Origin: Ostrea edulis
Taxonomy: Eukaryota
Length of the DNA: 64,000 bases
Assembly: GCF_947568905.1 (NCBI RefSeq)
Contig: NC_079171.1
Location: 59,582,001-59,646,000, forward strand
Reading direction: 5' to 3'
Below are positions 52,601 to 63,373 of this stretch, piece by piece; position 1 is the first letter of the stretch; every line of letters begins with the position of its first letter. The position numbers and the translations under genes were made by a program. The notes beneath the pieces are model-generated. The model made no database searches and was not told the DNA's origin. It saw only the letters and a program-made list of their open reading frames with translations.

Positions 52601-53618
52601 GATGAAAAAGCTGAAGATAACGGGCAATGATCAATATGATCAATCTTATAGCTTTCAATTCGTCATTTATATTTATCGACCACGTATCATTTATTAAAAA
52701 CAATAATTTCCATTGATATGTCGATGTAATATATCCTAGTGTGCTCGAAATAAAAGACACCACATAGTCGTCCACTTCTGTTTCATACTTAAATATTTTA
52801 TTAAAAGTAGACACTGACAGCAATTTAACAACTCAATTTTATTACAAACAGGTTTCAACTTCCCATAATTATGTAACAATAGTTCATTATCACCTACATA
52901 TGGTGTTCACACATCTCACCTGATTCGATATGCAAGCTATTGGTCTGCGTGTGGTAACTTTTTAAATCAATGGAGGGTATTAACAAACAAGTTGATGGTG
53001 CAGGGATATCAATAATCTCCTTTAAAGTCAGCATTTTGCAAAGTATATGATCGTTATAACACTCTAGTTAACCAATGCAACTTATCATTGGGTAAAAAAT
53101 TGTCGGACCGATTGTTAGTCCGTTCTCGGTACACTGATGTTGACTACGGATAACTGTGTTCACCTGATCAAGGTATAGGGTTCTTGGCAGGTGTGACTGG
53201 TCGATAGGAAAAAACTTACTCCTCTAAGGCAATTGATCACACCTATATCCAGGGCTTCGTGTTTGCCCACCTTTTTAGTTTGTATTGTTTACAGGATTTA
53301 TGAGATTGATCACTGTTCGTCGTGTTCACCTTTCATGAAAAATTTCAAAATCGAGAACATCGCTAGCGGAGACCCTTGGAACTCTAGAAACGGAATTCTG
53401 TACTCAGCAACATTAATTTATCCCTCTTGTCACTCTGACTGGATTGGATAAACCAATTATTCCATAGCAAAATTAATAGGTAAAGAACAGCTTGCCAATG
53501 TTGTTATGAAACACGGCAGGGGCGCGGGTATGTTAAGGCAGGTCATTCTCCATTTATGCACGTAAACTGCATGATTTTTAAAATGTGTCCTACACAGAGA
53601 GAGGGAGCTACCAACTCT

Positions 53619-53654
<36 letters not shown>

Positions 53655-56428
53655 TCACTTTAACACATGGAAAACGAATTTCCCATTGTTATTCCATTAA
53701 CTTTTCAGGAGCCATGTCAGATTTTAAGAAACTTGATTCTGTACTATGTTGGGGAGGTTCAGGTACATTGAAATACTTCTGGCTCAAAGGTTCTTAATCT
53801 GAACTATGCCGTAAAGCTTCCAAGTAATTTTTTAACTTTTCTGGCACAGTCGTTCTTGAAAAGATTTCCTATATTAAGACATATGAAATACAGTTCCCCC
53901 TATTGTGGACCCACCCCGACCCCCGGGAGCCATGATTTGAACAAACTTGAATCTGCACTATGTCGTAAAGGTTCCATGTAAATTTCAATTTTTCTGGCAC
54001 AGTGGTTTTTGAGAAGAAGATTTTTAAAGATTAATTATCTTACATTAACACATATGAAAAACGGTTTCCCCTATTGTGGACATACCTGACCCCCGGAGAT
54101 AATGATTTGAACAAACTTGAAACTGCACTATGTCATAAAGGTTCCTTGTATATTTTAACTTTTTTTGGCACAGTAGTTCTTGATAAGAAGATATATAGAA
54201 GTTTGAAGGTTGTGAGTCCCACTTTTCTTTTACCCAACTCGTCACATTATGTAGAATACAAAGAATGGAGTGTGGTTTTGCTGCCCGATGAAGGTAAATA
54301 TGTGATGGGGATGCTTTTGTTTTTCACCGTTGGCTGTGGAAGTCCAAATTCTTCAGCATAATTCTGGATGTAGTCGATTGCGTTCTTAAGATCATCGAAA
54401 TTGAAAGCATTTGATGGGCGTTTGTTCTTGTTTTTGTGTGTCCATGGAACATGTCCATTTTCATTCATATGGGAAACTAGATTTTTCACATACTTTGATC
54501 CAACTCCGTAGGCGAAAAGAAAGGAACCTTTATAAATTTCTTGATTTTGGAAATAGTATGCGTATTTCTTCCTTTTCCTCTCTTTCCCACGTTGGGTATT
54601 GCTACCAAATCCAGTACACATCAGTCTTCCCATTATAAACATGTCCTTTTCATCCCTAGTGAGTTCCTTTGTGGTCAATATTGAGTTCTGTATCTCTTCT
54701 ACACCGATATTTTTCAAACAGTTTTTACCACAAGAACAGGCTGTAGTAGTGTTCTGCTTTAAACTTTGAAGATCGTTGTATCCATTACAAGCAGTGTCCT
54801 CCTCACCTTCACTTTGACTTTCTTCGTTGTTGTCGGTGAAACAGTTTCTTCCAAACATATCGATTTTGTTTCTGATAGTTTCTTGTCGATCAAAGCCTTT
54901 GTTGATTTCATCATCACTGCCATCATCGCTTACATCACCGTCGGAGACATCTAACACAGGATTGTATTTCGATAATCTTGTGGGCCTATGGGGGAAATAC
55001 TCATCGTCTAAGTGTCCTAGATCCTGTAAAGTAAAAAGTATGGATATCAAATTAGTATTGGTGTTAAAAGACAGCAATAGGGTCATATTCTTTATTTAAT
55101 GGGTAGGTGTGAATACAAAATTAATGTTTGTAGTGGTTAAAGTATATTGGTTTTTAAAATCAATTTTGAATATATATTTATCTTTTATCGATACCAAAAT
55201 ATACTAGTATAGGGACAATCAATTTATTCTTTTAGTCTGCCTACCTTTCTGACAATTAATTTATGTTATTGTGATTTCATAGTTTTAGCTACATGTATAA
55301 TACATTTTTAAAAAATCAGTTGTTCTTTATGCAAAATTATATATTTAGAAGTACATGTAAAGTGTTGAAAAAGTGGTATTTGGAAATAATATATAATATA
55401 CATTATTAGGATTTTTAAAATGTAAGCGCCTTTAACTTCAACAAAGTTACAGTTCATTTAAAATCAATTAAAAACAAATCACTGCTTGAACGTTATTTAA
55501 AGAATAATTAATTCGATATCTAAAGCAACACCTTATAAATAATCATTCCTATGAAAATACTTTAATGTTTATATTAACTTTGAAAATAAAAGATAATAAT
55601 GTTGAAGAAAAAAATGAATTTGCAATTTAAAAAAGAAAAGAAAAAGCGCAAATTTTGAAGAAAAAAATGTTGCCCATAGGAGGAATTAAACCGGGATCTT
55701 CGTGTCAGAAATCGAGAACGTTCCCATTTGACCATTTCGACGTTACAAGATCTACGTAATAAAATTAATACAGTATTGTCAGAAAAAAAATAATCTTTTG
55801 ATAAACATTTTGTTTACTGTTGTCAAGTGCCTCTATTAAGTTCATAATCAATAGTTCTTTAAATATATCCGTTTATTAGGAGAATGTTTACCCATTATTA
55901 TACTTATTCTACGACTATTATCATTAAATGACAGTGCCGACATCGTTGGTTAGTGTTGTCGTCTGTTTACATCAGATCACAATATTATCGTAAGCAATAT
56001 ACCTAGTAAGTCTTACATATTTTAATATATAGACATACATGTAGTTTTGTGAACAATATTTCTTTAATGAGAGTAAGCTCTGTATATATGCACAGTTACT
56101 TTTAAGTTATTTTACTTATTTTGATTATGTACAAGAATATAGAATCTATAGGCCCTATGTAGATCCATGTAGGCATAAACGTACACTGTGTTTTACGGGG
56201 ACAATGTAACAAAATTTAAATCTTAAACTACATGTCATTAGAAAATTAATGCGTTACCTGTAGATCCATGGGATGCCAGTAGTTGTGGTATTATCTCTGT
56301 TGAAAACTCTTTTTAGCGGTCTCGTTTTTTTCCCCCGGCAATTATCGTCTGTACAACAACGTTACTTTTTTGATCGATTGTGACGTTTTTCCATGAACGT
56401 CACGAAGGTCCCTTTTCGCTTTACGCAA

Positions 56429-56479
<51 letters not shown>

Positions 56480-58491
56480 CTTGTTTGGATATGGTATGGA
56501 TAGGCACTTTTATGAGATCATGTATCTCAGATATAGTTGAGTTGTCGATATGCAATCGTGTTTTTTTTTTAATGGTATTACTTGAATTGTTGATGGTCTT
56601 AACATTGTTTCTCGAAAATATTTGCTTCAATTTGTAGACGATATTTTTGCGGTACTGTCTGCATTTTTTGCTTTAATGAAATCGCTCTCGGTTTATCTGT
56701 TGTTGATATGAATATGCAAAATGTCTTAAAATCATACCGAGTTCACACATTATATGTCTTATATTGAATGTTAAAAATACTTTGCAAGCATATTACACTA
56801 TATCCTCTGTAAGTTTACGCATGCCGGTGATATTTGAAATTAGTCGCCACATTTGGCATTTTTTACCCATGGATTCTTTTATCAAGACAATTTTGTACAG
56901 ATGATTGAATGACATAGCAATGTTTTCTACTGTTCTCTAAGCTTTAGAAATCAATTGAGGAAGCAACGGGGTGATCAGTATATACACACCCCTACAGAAT
57001 AAAAACTGAAATGAAATTGTTACAGTTCACAATGTATTGAATTGCTGCATGGCGTAATGAGTGGAAGCAAGCATCAAATGTAGAAAAACAATGTCCACAT
57101 AATACATTCATTCTTTTTGAATTTAACAGGCAACATATCTTTGTTTTCTCGCGTAATGACAAATAAAAATGCTATTTTCTATTTCATTGTTGTAGATTTT
57201 TTTTTCTAAAGGTTTGAAATAAAACTTCATTCTTACCGTCACAAAGAGGCTTTTCCCAGTTTTCCTGACATCCGGTTGGACAAGTCCCATTGTTCTTATT
57301 ACAGACTGCTGAATTTGCACAATTTCCGCAAGCAGTGGAACAGTTTTGACCGTAAAATCCATCTTTACACTCTTTCCATGCAATAGGTAACACAGGATAA
57401 TACGAAGAACACATTACTTATATGATATATAATGCCTACATATGCGGTGGAAATATATAATTCGCATTTATTAACTTCACCTTTTCAAGTAACATTAGTG
57501 GATCCAAGTGGTAGTAGTAATTATCTATATTTAGGAAATAACGCATCGGGGTTATTCACAATGACTGACGGCAACTTTTTGAACGTTTAATAATTTAGAG
57601 TGTAAATCAACAAGGAAGCTAAGCACATTGTTCATGGCATCTGTATCATAACCACTACGTTCATTAAAACAAGGACTAAAGCTATGGACATTTTTAAAAA
57701 TCAGGAGTTTAATTATTCTATTTTATTTGCTCTATAAAATTCGTCTTGTAAATCATGTGCAGGGGTATTAAAAGCATTATGAACAAAATATGTATCTATC
57801 TTCCACGGTATTACAGAAGTTCAAAATTTCAAATGGGTTTCAATTGGTGAATTTTTTTCGGAAAAATGAAATCCTTTGGCGGGTGTGTTATCACCAAATG
57901 ACATATGACGTTTATTCTTACCGTCACAAAGGTCACCTTCCCAGTGATCTTGACATCCAGCAGAACAGGTACCGTTGTCCTTATTACAGGCTGTTGAATT
58001 TGCACAAAATCCACATTCAGAGGAGCAGTTTCCCCCATAGTATCCATCTTCACATTCTTCAAAAAATAAGTCATACATGTATACAAAAGCATGTTTTGTT
58101 GCATTGGTTAATTGTACAATGCAATGAGTTGATGTTCTGGAATGAAATAATGTGAATTGTATGAAGACATGCACATATTTGGATAGCAAACAAGAATACC
58201 GACTTAACGCAGGTTAGCACACACCATGGTGTTCTAGATTTTCAAAACTAAACATATAACAACATGGATAATCAAATCAGAACTGGCATCCCAGTTTTCT
58301 TGACATCCAGCAGAACAAGTGCCTTCATCTTTGTTACAAAATGTTGAATTGGCGCATTTTCCACATTTGAAGGAACACCTTTTCCCGTAAGATCCATTTT
58401 TGCATACTTTGTGAAATAATCATGTTAATTAAAAGCAACAGATAGAAGGACCTTGGATACAACATGAAACGGGTTTCAAGGCGTCCTATTT

Positions 58492-58551
<60 letters not shown>

Positions 58552-60569
58552 CTTGTTTGGATATGGTATGGATAGGCACTTTTATGAGATCATGTATCTC
58601 AGATATAGTCGAGTTGTCGATATGCAATCGAGTTTTTTTTTTTTTATTACTTGAATTGTTGAAGGTCTTAACGTTGTTTCTCGAAAATATTTGCTTCAAT
58701 TTGTAGACGATATTTTTGCGGTACTGTCTGCATTTTTTGCTTTAATGAAATCGCTCTCGGTTTATCTGTTGTTGATATGAATATGCAAAATGTCTTAAAA
58801 TCATGCCGAGTTCACACATTATATGTCTTATATTGAATGTTAAAAATACTTTGCAAGCATCTTACACTATATCCTCTGTAAGTTTACGCATGCCGGTGAT
58901 ATTTGAAATTAGTCGCCACATTTGGCATTTTTTTACCCATGGATTCTTTTATCAAGACAATTTTGTACAGATGATTGAATGACATAGCAATGTTTTCTAC
59001 TGTTCTCTAAGCTTTAGAAATCAATTGAGGAAGCAACGGGGTGATCAGTATATACACACCCCTACAGAATAAAAACTGAAATGAAATTGTTACAGTTCAC
59101 AATGTATTGAATTGCTGCATGGCGTAATGAGTGGAATCAAGCATCAAATGTAGAAAAACAATGTCCACATAATACATTCATTCCTTTTGAATTTAACAGG
59201 CAACATAGCTTTGTTTTCTCGCGTAATGACAAATAAAAATGCTATTTTCTATTTCATTGTTGTAGATTTTTTTTTCTAAAGGTTTGAAATAAAACTTCAT
59301 TCTTACCGTCACAAAGAGGCTTTTCCCAGTTTTCCTGACATCCGCTTGGACAAGTCCCATTGTTCTTATTACAGACTGCTGAATTTGCACAATTTCCGCA
59401 AGCAGTGGAACAGTTTTGACCGTAAAATCCATCTTTACACTCTTTCCATGCAATAGGTAACACAGGATAATACGAAGAACACATTACTTATATGATATAT
59501 AATGCCTACATATGCGGTGGAAATATATAATTCGCATTTATTACCTTCACCTTTTCAAATAACATTAGTGGATCCAAGTGGTAATAGTAATTATCTATAT
59601 TTAGGAAATAACGTATCGGGGTTATTCACAATGACTGACGGCAACTTTTTGAACGTTTAGTAATTTAGAGTGTAAATCAACAAGGAAGCTAAGCACATTG
59701 TTCATGCCATCTGTATCATAACCACTACGTTCATTAAAACAAGGACTAAAGCTATGGACATTTTAAAAATCAGGAGTTTAATTATTCTATTTTATTTGCT
59801 CTATAAAATTCGTCTTGTAAATCATGTTCAGGGGTATTAAAAGCATTATGAACAAAATATGTATCTATCTTCCACGGTATTACAGAAGTTCAAAATTTCA
59901 AATGGGTTTCAATTGGTGAATCTTTTTCGGAAAAATGAAATCCTTTGGCGGGTGTATTATCACCAAATGACATATGACGTTTATTCTTACCGTCACAAAG
60001 GTCACCTTCCCAGTGATCTTGACATCCAGCAGAACAGGTACCGTTGTCCTTATTACAGGCTGTTGAATTTGCACAAAATCCACATTCAGAGGAGCAATTT
60101 TCCCCATAGTATCCATCTTCACATTCTTCAAAAAATAAGTCATACATGTATACAAAAGCATGTGTTGTTGCATTGGTTAATTGTACAATGCAATGAGTTG
60201 ATGTTCTGGAATGAAATAATGTGAATTGTATGAAGACATGCACATATTTGAATAGCAAACAAGAATACCGACTTAACGCAGGTTAGCACACACCATGGTG
60301 TTCTAGATTTTCAAAACTAAACATATAACAACATGGATAATCAAATCAGAACAAATCAGAACTGGCATCCCAGTTTTCTTGACATCCAGCAGAACAAGTG
60401 CCATCATCTTTGTTACAAAATGTTGAATTGGCGCATTTTCCACATTTGAAGGAACACCTTTTCCCGTAAGATCCATTTTTGCATACTTTGTGAAATAATC
60501 ATGTTAATTAAAAGCAACAGATAGAAGGACCTTGGATACAACATGAAACGGGTTTCAAGGCGTCCTATT

Positions 60570-60622
<53 letters not shown>

Positions 60623-63373
60623 AGCTTGTTTGGATATGGTATGGATAGGCGCTTTTATGAGATCATGTATCTCAGATATAGTCGAGTTGTCGATATGCAA
60701 TCGTGTTTTTTTTTCTATGGTATTACTTGAATTGTTGAAGGTCTTAACGTTGTTTCTCAGAAATATTTGCTTCAATTTGTAGACGATATTTTTGCGGTAC
60801 TGTCTGCATTTTTTGCTTTAATGAAATCGCGCTCGGTTTATCTGTTGTTGATATGAATATTCAAAATGTCTTAAAAGCATACCGAGTTCACACATTATAT
60901 TGAATGTTGAAAATACTTTGCAAGCATATTACACTATATCCTCTGTAAGTTTACGCATGCCGGTGATATTTGAAATTAGTCGCCACATTTGGCATTTTCT
61001 ATCCATGGATTCTTTTATCAAGACAATTTTGTACAGATGATTGAATGACATAGCAATGTTTTCTACTGTTCTCTAAGCTTTAGAAATCAATTGAAGAAGC
61101 AACGGGGTGATCAGTATATACACACCCCTACAGAATAAAAACTGAAATGAAATTGTTACAGTTCACAATGTATTGAATTGCTGCATGGCGTAATGAGTGG
61201 AATCAAGCATCAAATGTAGAAAAACAATGTCCACATAATACATTTATTCCTTTTGAAGTTAACAGGCAACATATCTTTGTTTTCTCGCGTAATAACAAAT
61301 AAAAAGCTATTTTCTATTTCATTGTTGTAGATTTTTTTTCTAAAGGTTTGAAATAAAACTTCATTCTTACCGTCACAAAGAGGCTTTTCCCAGTTTTCCT
61401 GACATCCGGTTGGACAAGTCCCATTGTCCTTATTACAGACTGCTGAATTTGCACAATTTCCGCAAGCAGTGGAACAGTTTTGACCGTAAAATCCATCTTT
61501 ACACTCTTTCCATGCAATAGGTAACAAAGGATAATACGAAGAAGACATAACTTATATGATATATAATGCCTACATATGCGGTGGAAATATATAATTCGCA
61601 TTTATTACCTTCACCTTTTCAAGTAACATTAGTGGATCCAAGTGGTAGTAGTAATTATCTATATTTAGGTAATAACGCATCGGGGTTATTCACAATGGCT
61701 GACGGCAACTTTTTGAACGTTTAGTAATTTAGAGTGGAAATCAACAAGGAAGCTAAGCACATTGTTCATGCCATCTGTATCATAACCATTTCATTTCATT
61801 TCATTTCATTAAAACAAGGACTAAAGCTATGGACATTTTTAAAAATCAGGAGTTTAATTATTCTATTTTATTTGCTCTATAAAATTCGTCTTGTAAATCA
61901 TGTTCAGGGGTATTAAAAGCATTATGAACAAAATATATATCTATCTTCCACGGTATTACAAAAGTACAAAATTTCAAATGGGTTTCAATTGGTGAATCTT
62001 TTTTCGGAAAAATGAAATCCTTTGGCGGGTGTATTATCACCTAAATGACATATGACGTTTACTCTTACCGTCACAAAGGTCACCTTCCCAGTGATCTCGA
62101 CATCCAGCAGAACAGGTACCGTTGTCCTTATTACAGGCTGTTGAATTTGCACAAAATCCGCATTCCGAGAAGCAGTTTTCCCCATAGTATCCATCTTCAC
62201 ATTCTTCAAAAAATAAGTCATTCATGTATACAAAGGTATGTTTTGTTGCATGGGTTAATTGTACACTGCAATGCGTTGATGTTCTGAAATGAAATAATGT
62301 GAATTATATGAATACACGCATATGCTTGAATCGCAAACAAGAATACCGACTTAACGCAGGTTAGCACACACCATGGTGTTCTAGATTTTCAAAACTAATC
62401 ATATAACAACATGGATAATCAAATCAGAACAATACCACCTGCGAGGACACGTTTCCTCTGCTTTTTAGGAGAACGTTGGTTGGAAAAGTACATGCACTTC
62501 TTAACAACTATGATGATTAACTTCATGTTTACCTTCACAAATCTCACCACCCCAATGTTGAATGCATCCTTGAGGGCAGGTTCCATTTTGTTTGTTACAG
62601 AATGTCGAGTTTGCACATTTTCCGCATGTAGAAAAACAATTCTTCCCGTAATGTCCGTCTTCACATTCTTGATGAAAATAACAATGGGTTATGCTTCAAT
62701 TTAGACGATTGACTTGGGTAGCGACATAATCTTCCTTGAATATGCAGTACTACACATGAAAGGCCACCGGCCTTATAGGATATGAGTGGTCCTTTGCGAA
62801 GGAGACGTTTGCATGATAAAATCCGTAACTTTGTCGTTAATTGTTATTTGTAATGAGTTTAAACAATTGAGTGGATACTTAAGGAAACCGACAAAATGAC
62901 GACGTGATACAAATATGTTGATGGTTTGAATTGCATGCATCTGCTAGCTGATAGGGGGGATTTACTATAAACAAATTACAACGCTGCCTGTTTGGTACAA
63001 TTAATCAATTTCTTTTTTTTTATATTAATTCATATTGAAATAAACCAACAACAGATCACGCATGTTTAGTCATAAAAAATCACGCGAACTCTATTCACAG
63101 ATTGTAATAAATTTTATTATAAAATAAAATTACTTCCTCATCACCAATACTAGCAAAATAGTTTGTGTTATTGACTTCTTTCAGTGACGCTGATTAAAAT
63201 TAGAAGTAAACGTCCACAGTTTAAATGTTGATACATACCGTCACATAGAGGGCCAATCCATTGCGCCTGGCACCCGTGAGAACAAGATCCATTTTCCTTG
63301 TTACACAATGTTGAGTTTGCACATTTACCACATGTAGAGGAACAATTTGCTCCATACATTCCATCTCTACATT
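38188..63373 (-). CDS. Gene 1: receptor-type protein tyrosine phosphatase with EGF-repeat ectodomain, TM, PTP D1 + D2 (26 regular exons + 2 truncated; 5'-incomplete)
   Basis: Spliced frame reconstructed with GT-AG sites and matching phases. Motifs [61 protein letters not shown]; ends EGIYANL-stop. Confidence 0.93.
38508..38643 (-). CDS. Gene 1 PTP D2 exon ([10 protein letters not shown]...VRQIQIRR)
   Basis: Degenerate signature ISNDGAGPAG; phase 2-0. Confidence 0.9.
38959..39083 (-). CDS. Gene 1 PTP D2 exon ([10 protein letters not shown]...VVIS)
   Basis: Phase 0-2, tag/gtacgt. Confidence 0.82.
39179..39222 (-). ncRNA. Type I hammerhead ribozyme (retrozyme family), core intact
   Basis: gcatca-CTGAAGA-gaca ttgtt tgtc-GAAA-tgtgca-TC-tggtgc; part of family fragment 39149-39260. 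Confidence 0.8.
39582..39704 (-). CDS. Gene 1 PTP D2 exon (ENKWLPG...)
   Basis: 123 nt, WLP equivalent of YWP; cag/gtacgt. Confidence 0.8.
40010..40135 (-). CDS. Gene 1 PTP D2 exon ([17 protein letters not shown])
   Basis: TQxP...DxWRL motif; phase 0-0. Confidence 0.9.
40333..40406 (-). CDS. Gene 1 PTP D2 exon (YRPYL...DYINAVILP)
   Basis: DYINA motif; phase 1-0. Confidence 0.9.
40731..40830 (-). CDS. Gene 1 PTP D2 exon (...[13 protein letters not shown])
   Basis: NKxKN..ILP; phase 0-1. Confidence 0.88.
41116..41265 (-). CDS. Gene 1 D1 end and linker exon ([10 protein letters not shown]...LYEEFK)
   Basis: Q-loop; phase 0-0. Confidence 0.92.
41583..41718 (-). CDS. Gene 1 PTP D1 catalytic exon (SAGVGRTG...MVQTP)
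   Basis: Completes [10 protein letters not shown]; phase 2-0. Confidence 0.95.
42501..42643 (-). CDS. Gene 1 PTP D1 exon (WPD loop to VHC)
   Basis: [13 protein letters not shown]...LVHC; phase 0-2. Confidence 0.94.
42826..42954 (-). CDS. Gene 1 PTP D1 exon (TKCIKYWP)
   Basis: KCxxYWP motif; phase 0-0. Confidence 0.92.
43783..43955 (+). mobile_element. Penelope-like 3' UTR fragment
   Basis: Family consensus. Confidence 0.82.
44549..44950 (+). mobile_element. Retrozyme-like hammerhead repeat, full ~352-nt monomer with ~50-nt terminal redundancy
   Basis: gtcgaaatgcgcatctggtgcatcaaaattggtaccgtataagttttacat at both ends; hammerhead core at 44878-44921. Confidence 0.8.
44878..44921 (+). ncRNA. 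Type I hammerhead ribozyme (retrozyme family)
   Basis: gcatca-CTGAAGA-gaca ttatt tgtc-GAAA-tacgca-TT-tgatgc. Confidence 0.72.
44995..45600 (-). mobile_element. Crypton-type tyrosine recombinase C-terminal remnant
   Basis: [41 protein letters not shown]; in-frame stop. Confidence 0.75.
46095..46590. mobile_element. Penelope-like 3' fragment (+) abutting an inverted 3' tail (-)
   Basis: Orientation switches at ~46492. Confidence 0.78.
47209..47306 (-). CDS. Gene 1 PTP D1 exon ([16 protein letters not shown]...IVMLTN)
   Basis: DFWRMVW motif; phase 1-0. Confidence 0.93.
47725..47761 (-). CDS. Gene 1 PTP D1 micro-exon ([13 protein letters not shown])
   Basis: 37 nt, YIAxQG motif; phase 0-1. 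Confidence 0.9.
47861..47937 (-). CDS. Gene 1 PTP D1 exon (YEHSRIIL...DYINANFIK)
   Basis: PTP motif; phase 1-0. Confidence 0.92.
48034..48121 (-). CDS. Gene 1 PTP D1 exon (RLPSG...KNRFKTTFP)
   Basis: KNRF/Y motif; phase 0-1. Confidence 0.92.
48430..48596 (-). CDS. Gene 1 juxtamembrane exon 2
   Basis: IENSSE...[21 protein letters not shown]...FISEYK; phase 1-0. Confidence 0.88.
48632..48870 (-). mobile_element. Retrozyme-family fragment (degenerate)
   Basis: Core reads CTAAAGA; flanks match the family. Confidence 0.72.
49179..49279 (-). CDS. Gene 1 juxtamembrane exon 1
   Basis: [13 protein letters not shown]...YADTT; phase 2-1, cag/gtgag. Confidence 0.85.
49364..49472 (-). CDS. Gene 1 transmembrane exon ([24 protein letters not shown])
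   Basis: Hydrophobic helix followed by RRRR in the next exon; phase 1-2, cag/gtatg. Confidence 0.92.
49915..50400 (-). mobile_element. Penelope-like RT and 3' fragments, degenerate
   Basis: [29 protein letters not shown]. Confidence 0.7.
51462..51752 (+). mobile_element. Penelope-like 3' fragment, degenerate
   Basis: Family consensus. Confidence 0.72.
52700..53337 (+). mobile_element. Penelope-like RT thumb + 3' UTR, degenerate
   Basis: EIKDTT..STSVSYL..SQLIRYA remnants. Confidence 0.72.
53620..54190 (+). mobile_element. Helentron/HINE-type element carrying ~170-bp oyster-type satellite monomers
   Basis: Start aacaagaggcccatgggccacatcgctcacctgag; repeats ttcccc.tattgtgg..atgatttgaacaaacttgaa at ~53895 and ~54066. 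Confidence 0.65.
54190..55023 (-). mobile_element. DNA transposase N-terminal pseudogene (Sola-like, tentative)
   Basis: [64 protein letters not shown]. Confidence 0.5.
57237..57371 (-). CDS. Gene 1 EGF exon A1
   Basis: 135 nt, aag/gtaag. Confidence 0.85.
57922..58056 (-). CDS. Gene 1 EGF exon B1
   Basis: 135 nt, aag/gtaag. Confidence 0.88.
58284..58406 (-). pseudogene. Gene 1 truncated EGF exon C'1 (lacks last Cys)
   Basis: Same as C'2 with DEG instead of DDG; 123 nt to gttctg. Confidence 0.6.
59307..59441 (-). CDS. Gene 1 EGF exon A2
   Basis: 135 nt, aag/gtaag. Confidence 0.85.
59991..60125 (-). CDS. Gene 1 EGF exon B2
   Basis: 135 nt, aag/gtaag. Confidence 0.88.
60363..60485 (-). pseudogene. 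Gene 1 truncated EGF exon C'2 (lacks last Cys)
   Basis: [41 protein letters not shown], then fused to intron sequence; 123 nt to a weak gttctg donor. Confidence 0.6.
61371..61505 (-). CDS. Gene 1 EGF exon A3
   Basis: 135 nt, aag/gtaag, [18 protein letters not shown]. Confidence 0.85.
62069..62203 (-). CDS. Gene 1 EGF exon B3
   Basis: 135 nt, aag/gtaag, [18 protein letters not shown]. Confidence 0.88.
62533..62667 (-). CDS. Gene 1 EGF exon D ([18 protein letters not shown]...EICEG)
   Basis: 135 nt, phase 1-1, aag/gtaaac; missed by the ORF track (different frame shown). Confidence 0.88.
63239..63373 (-). CDS. Gene 1 EGF exon E ([18 protein letters not shown]...PLCDG)
   Basis: 135 nt, phase 1-1, aag/gtatg, 8 Cys. 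Confidence 0.88.

Larger units (their letters stand above)
56432..62430. repeat. Tandem segmental triplication, ~2.07-kb unit (2.9 copies)
   Basis: Near-identical intron and exon sequence at offsets of about 2070 nt (exon A at 57237/59307/61371; exon B at 57922/59991/62069). Confidence 0.97.

Noticed and set aside
56269-56280. 12-nt match (tgggatgccagt) to the exon C' breakpoint on the opposite strand
   Set aside because: Too short, no extended homology; treated as chance.
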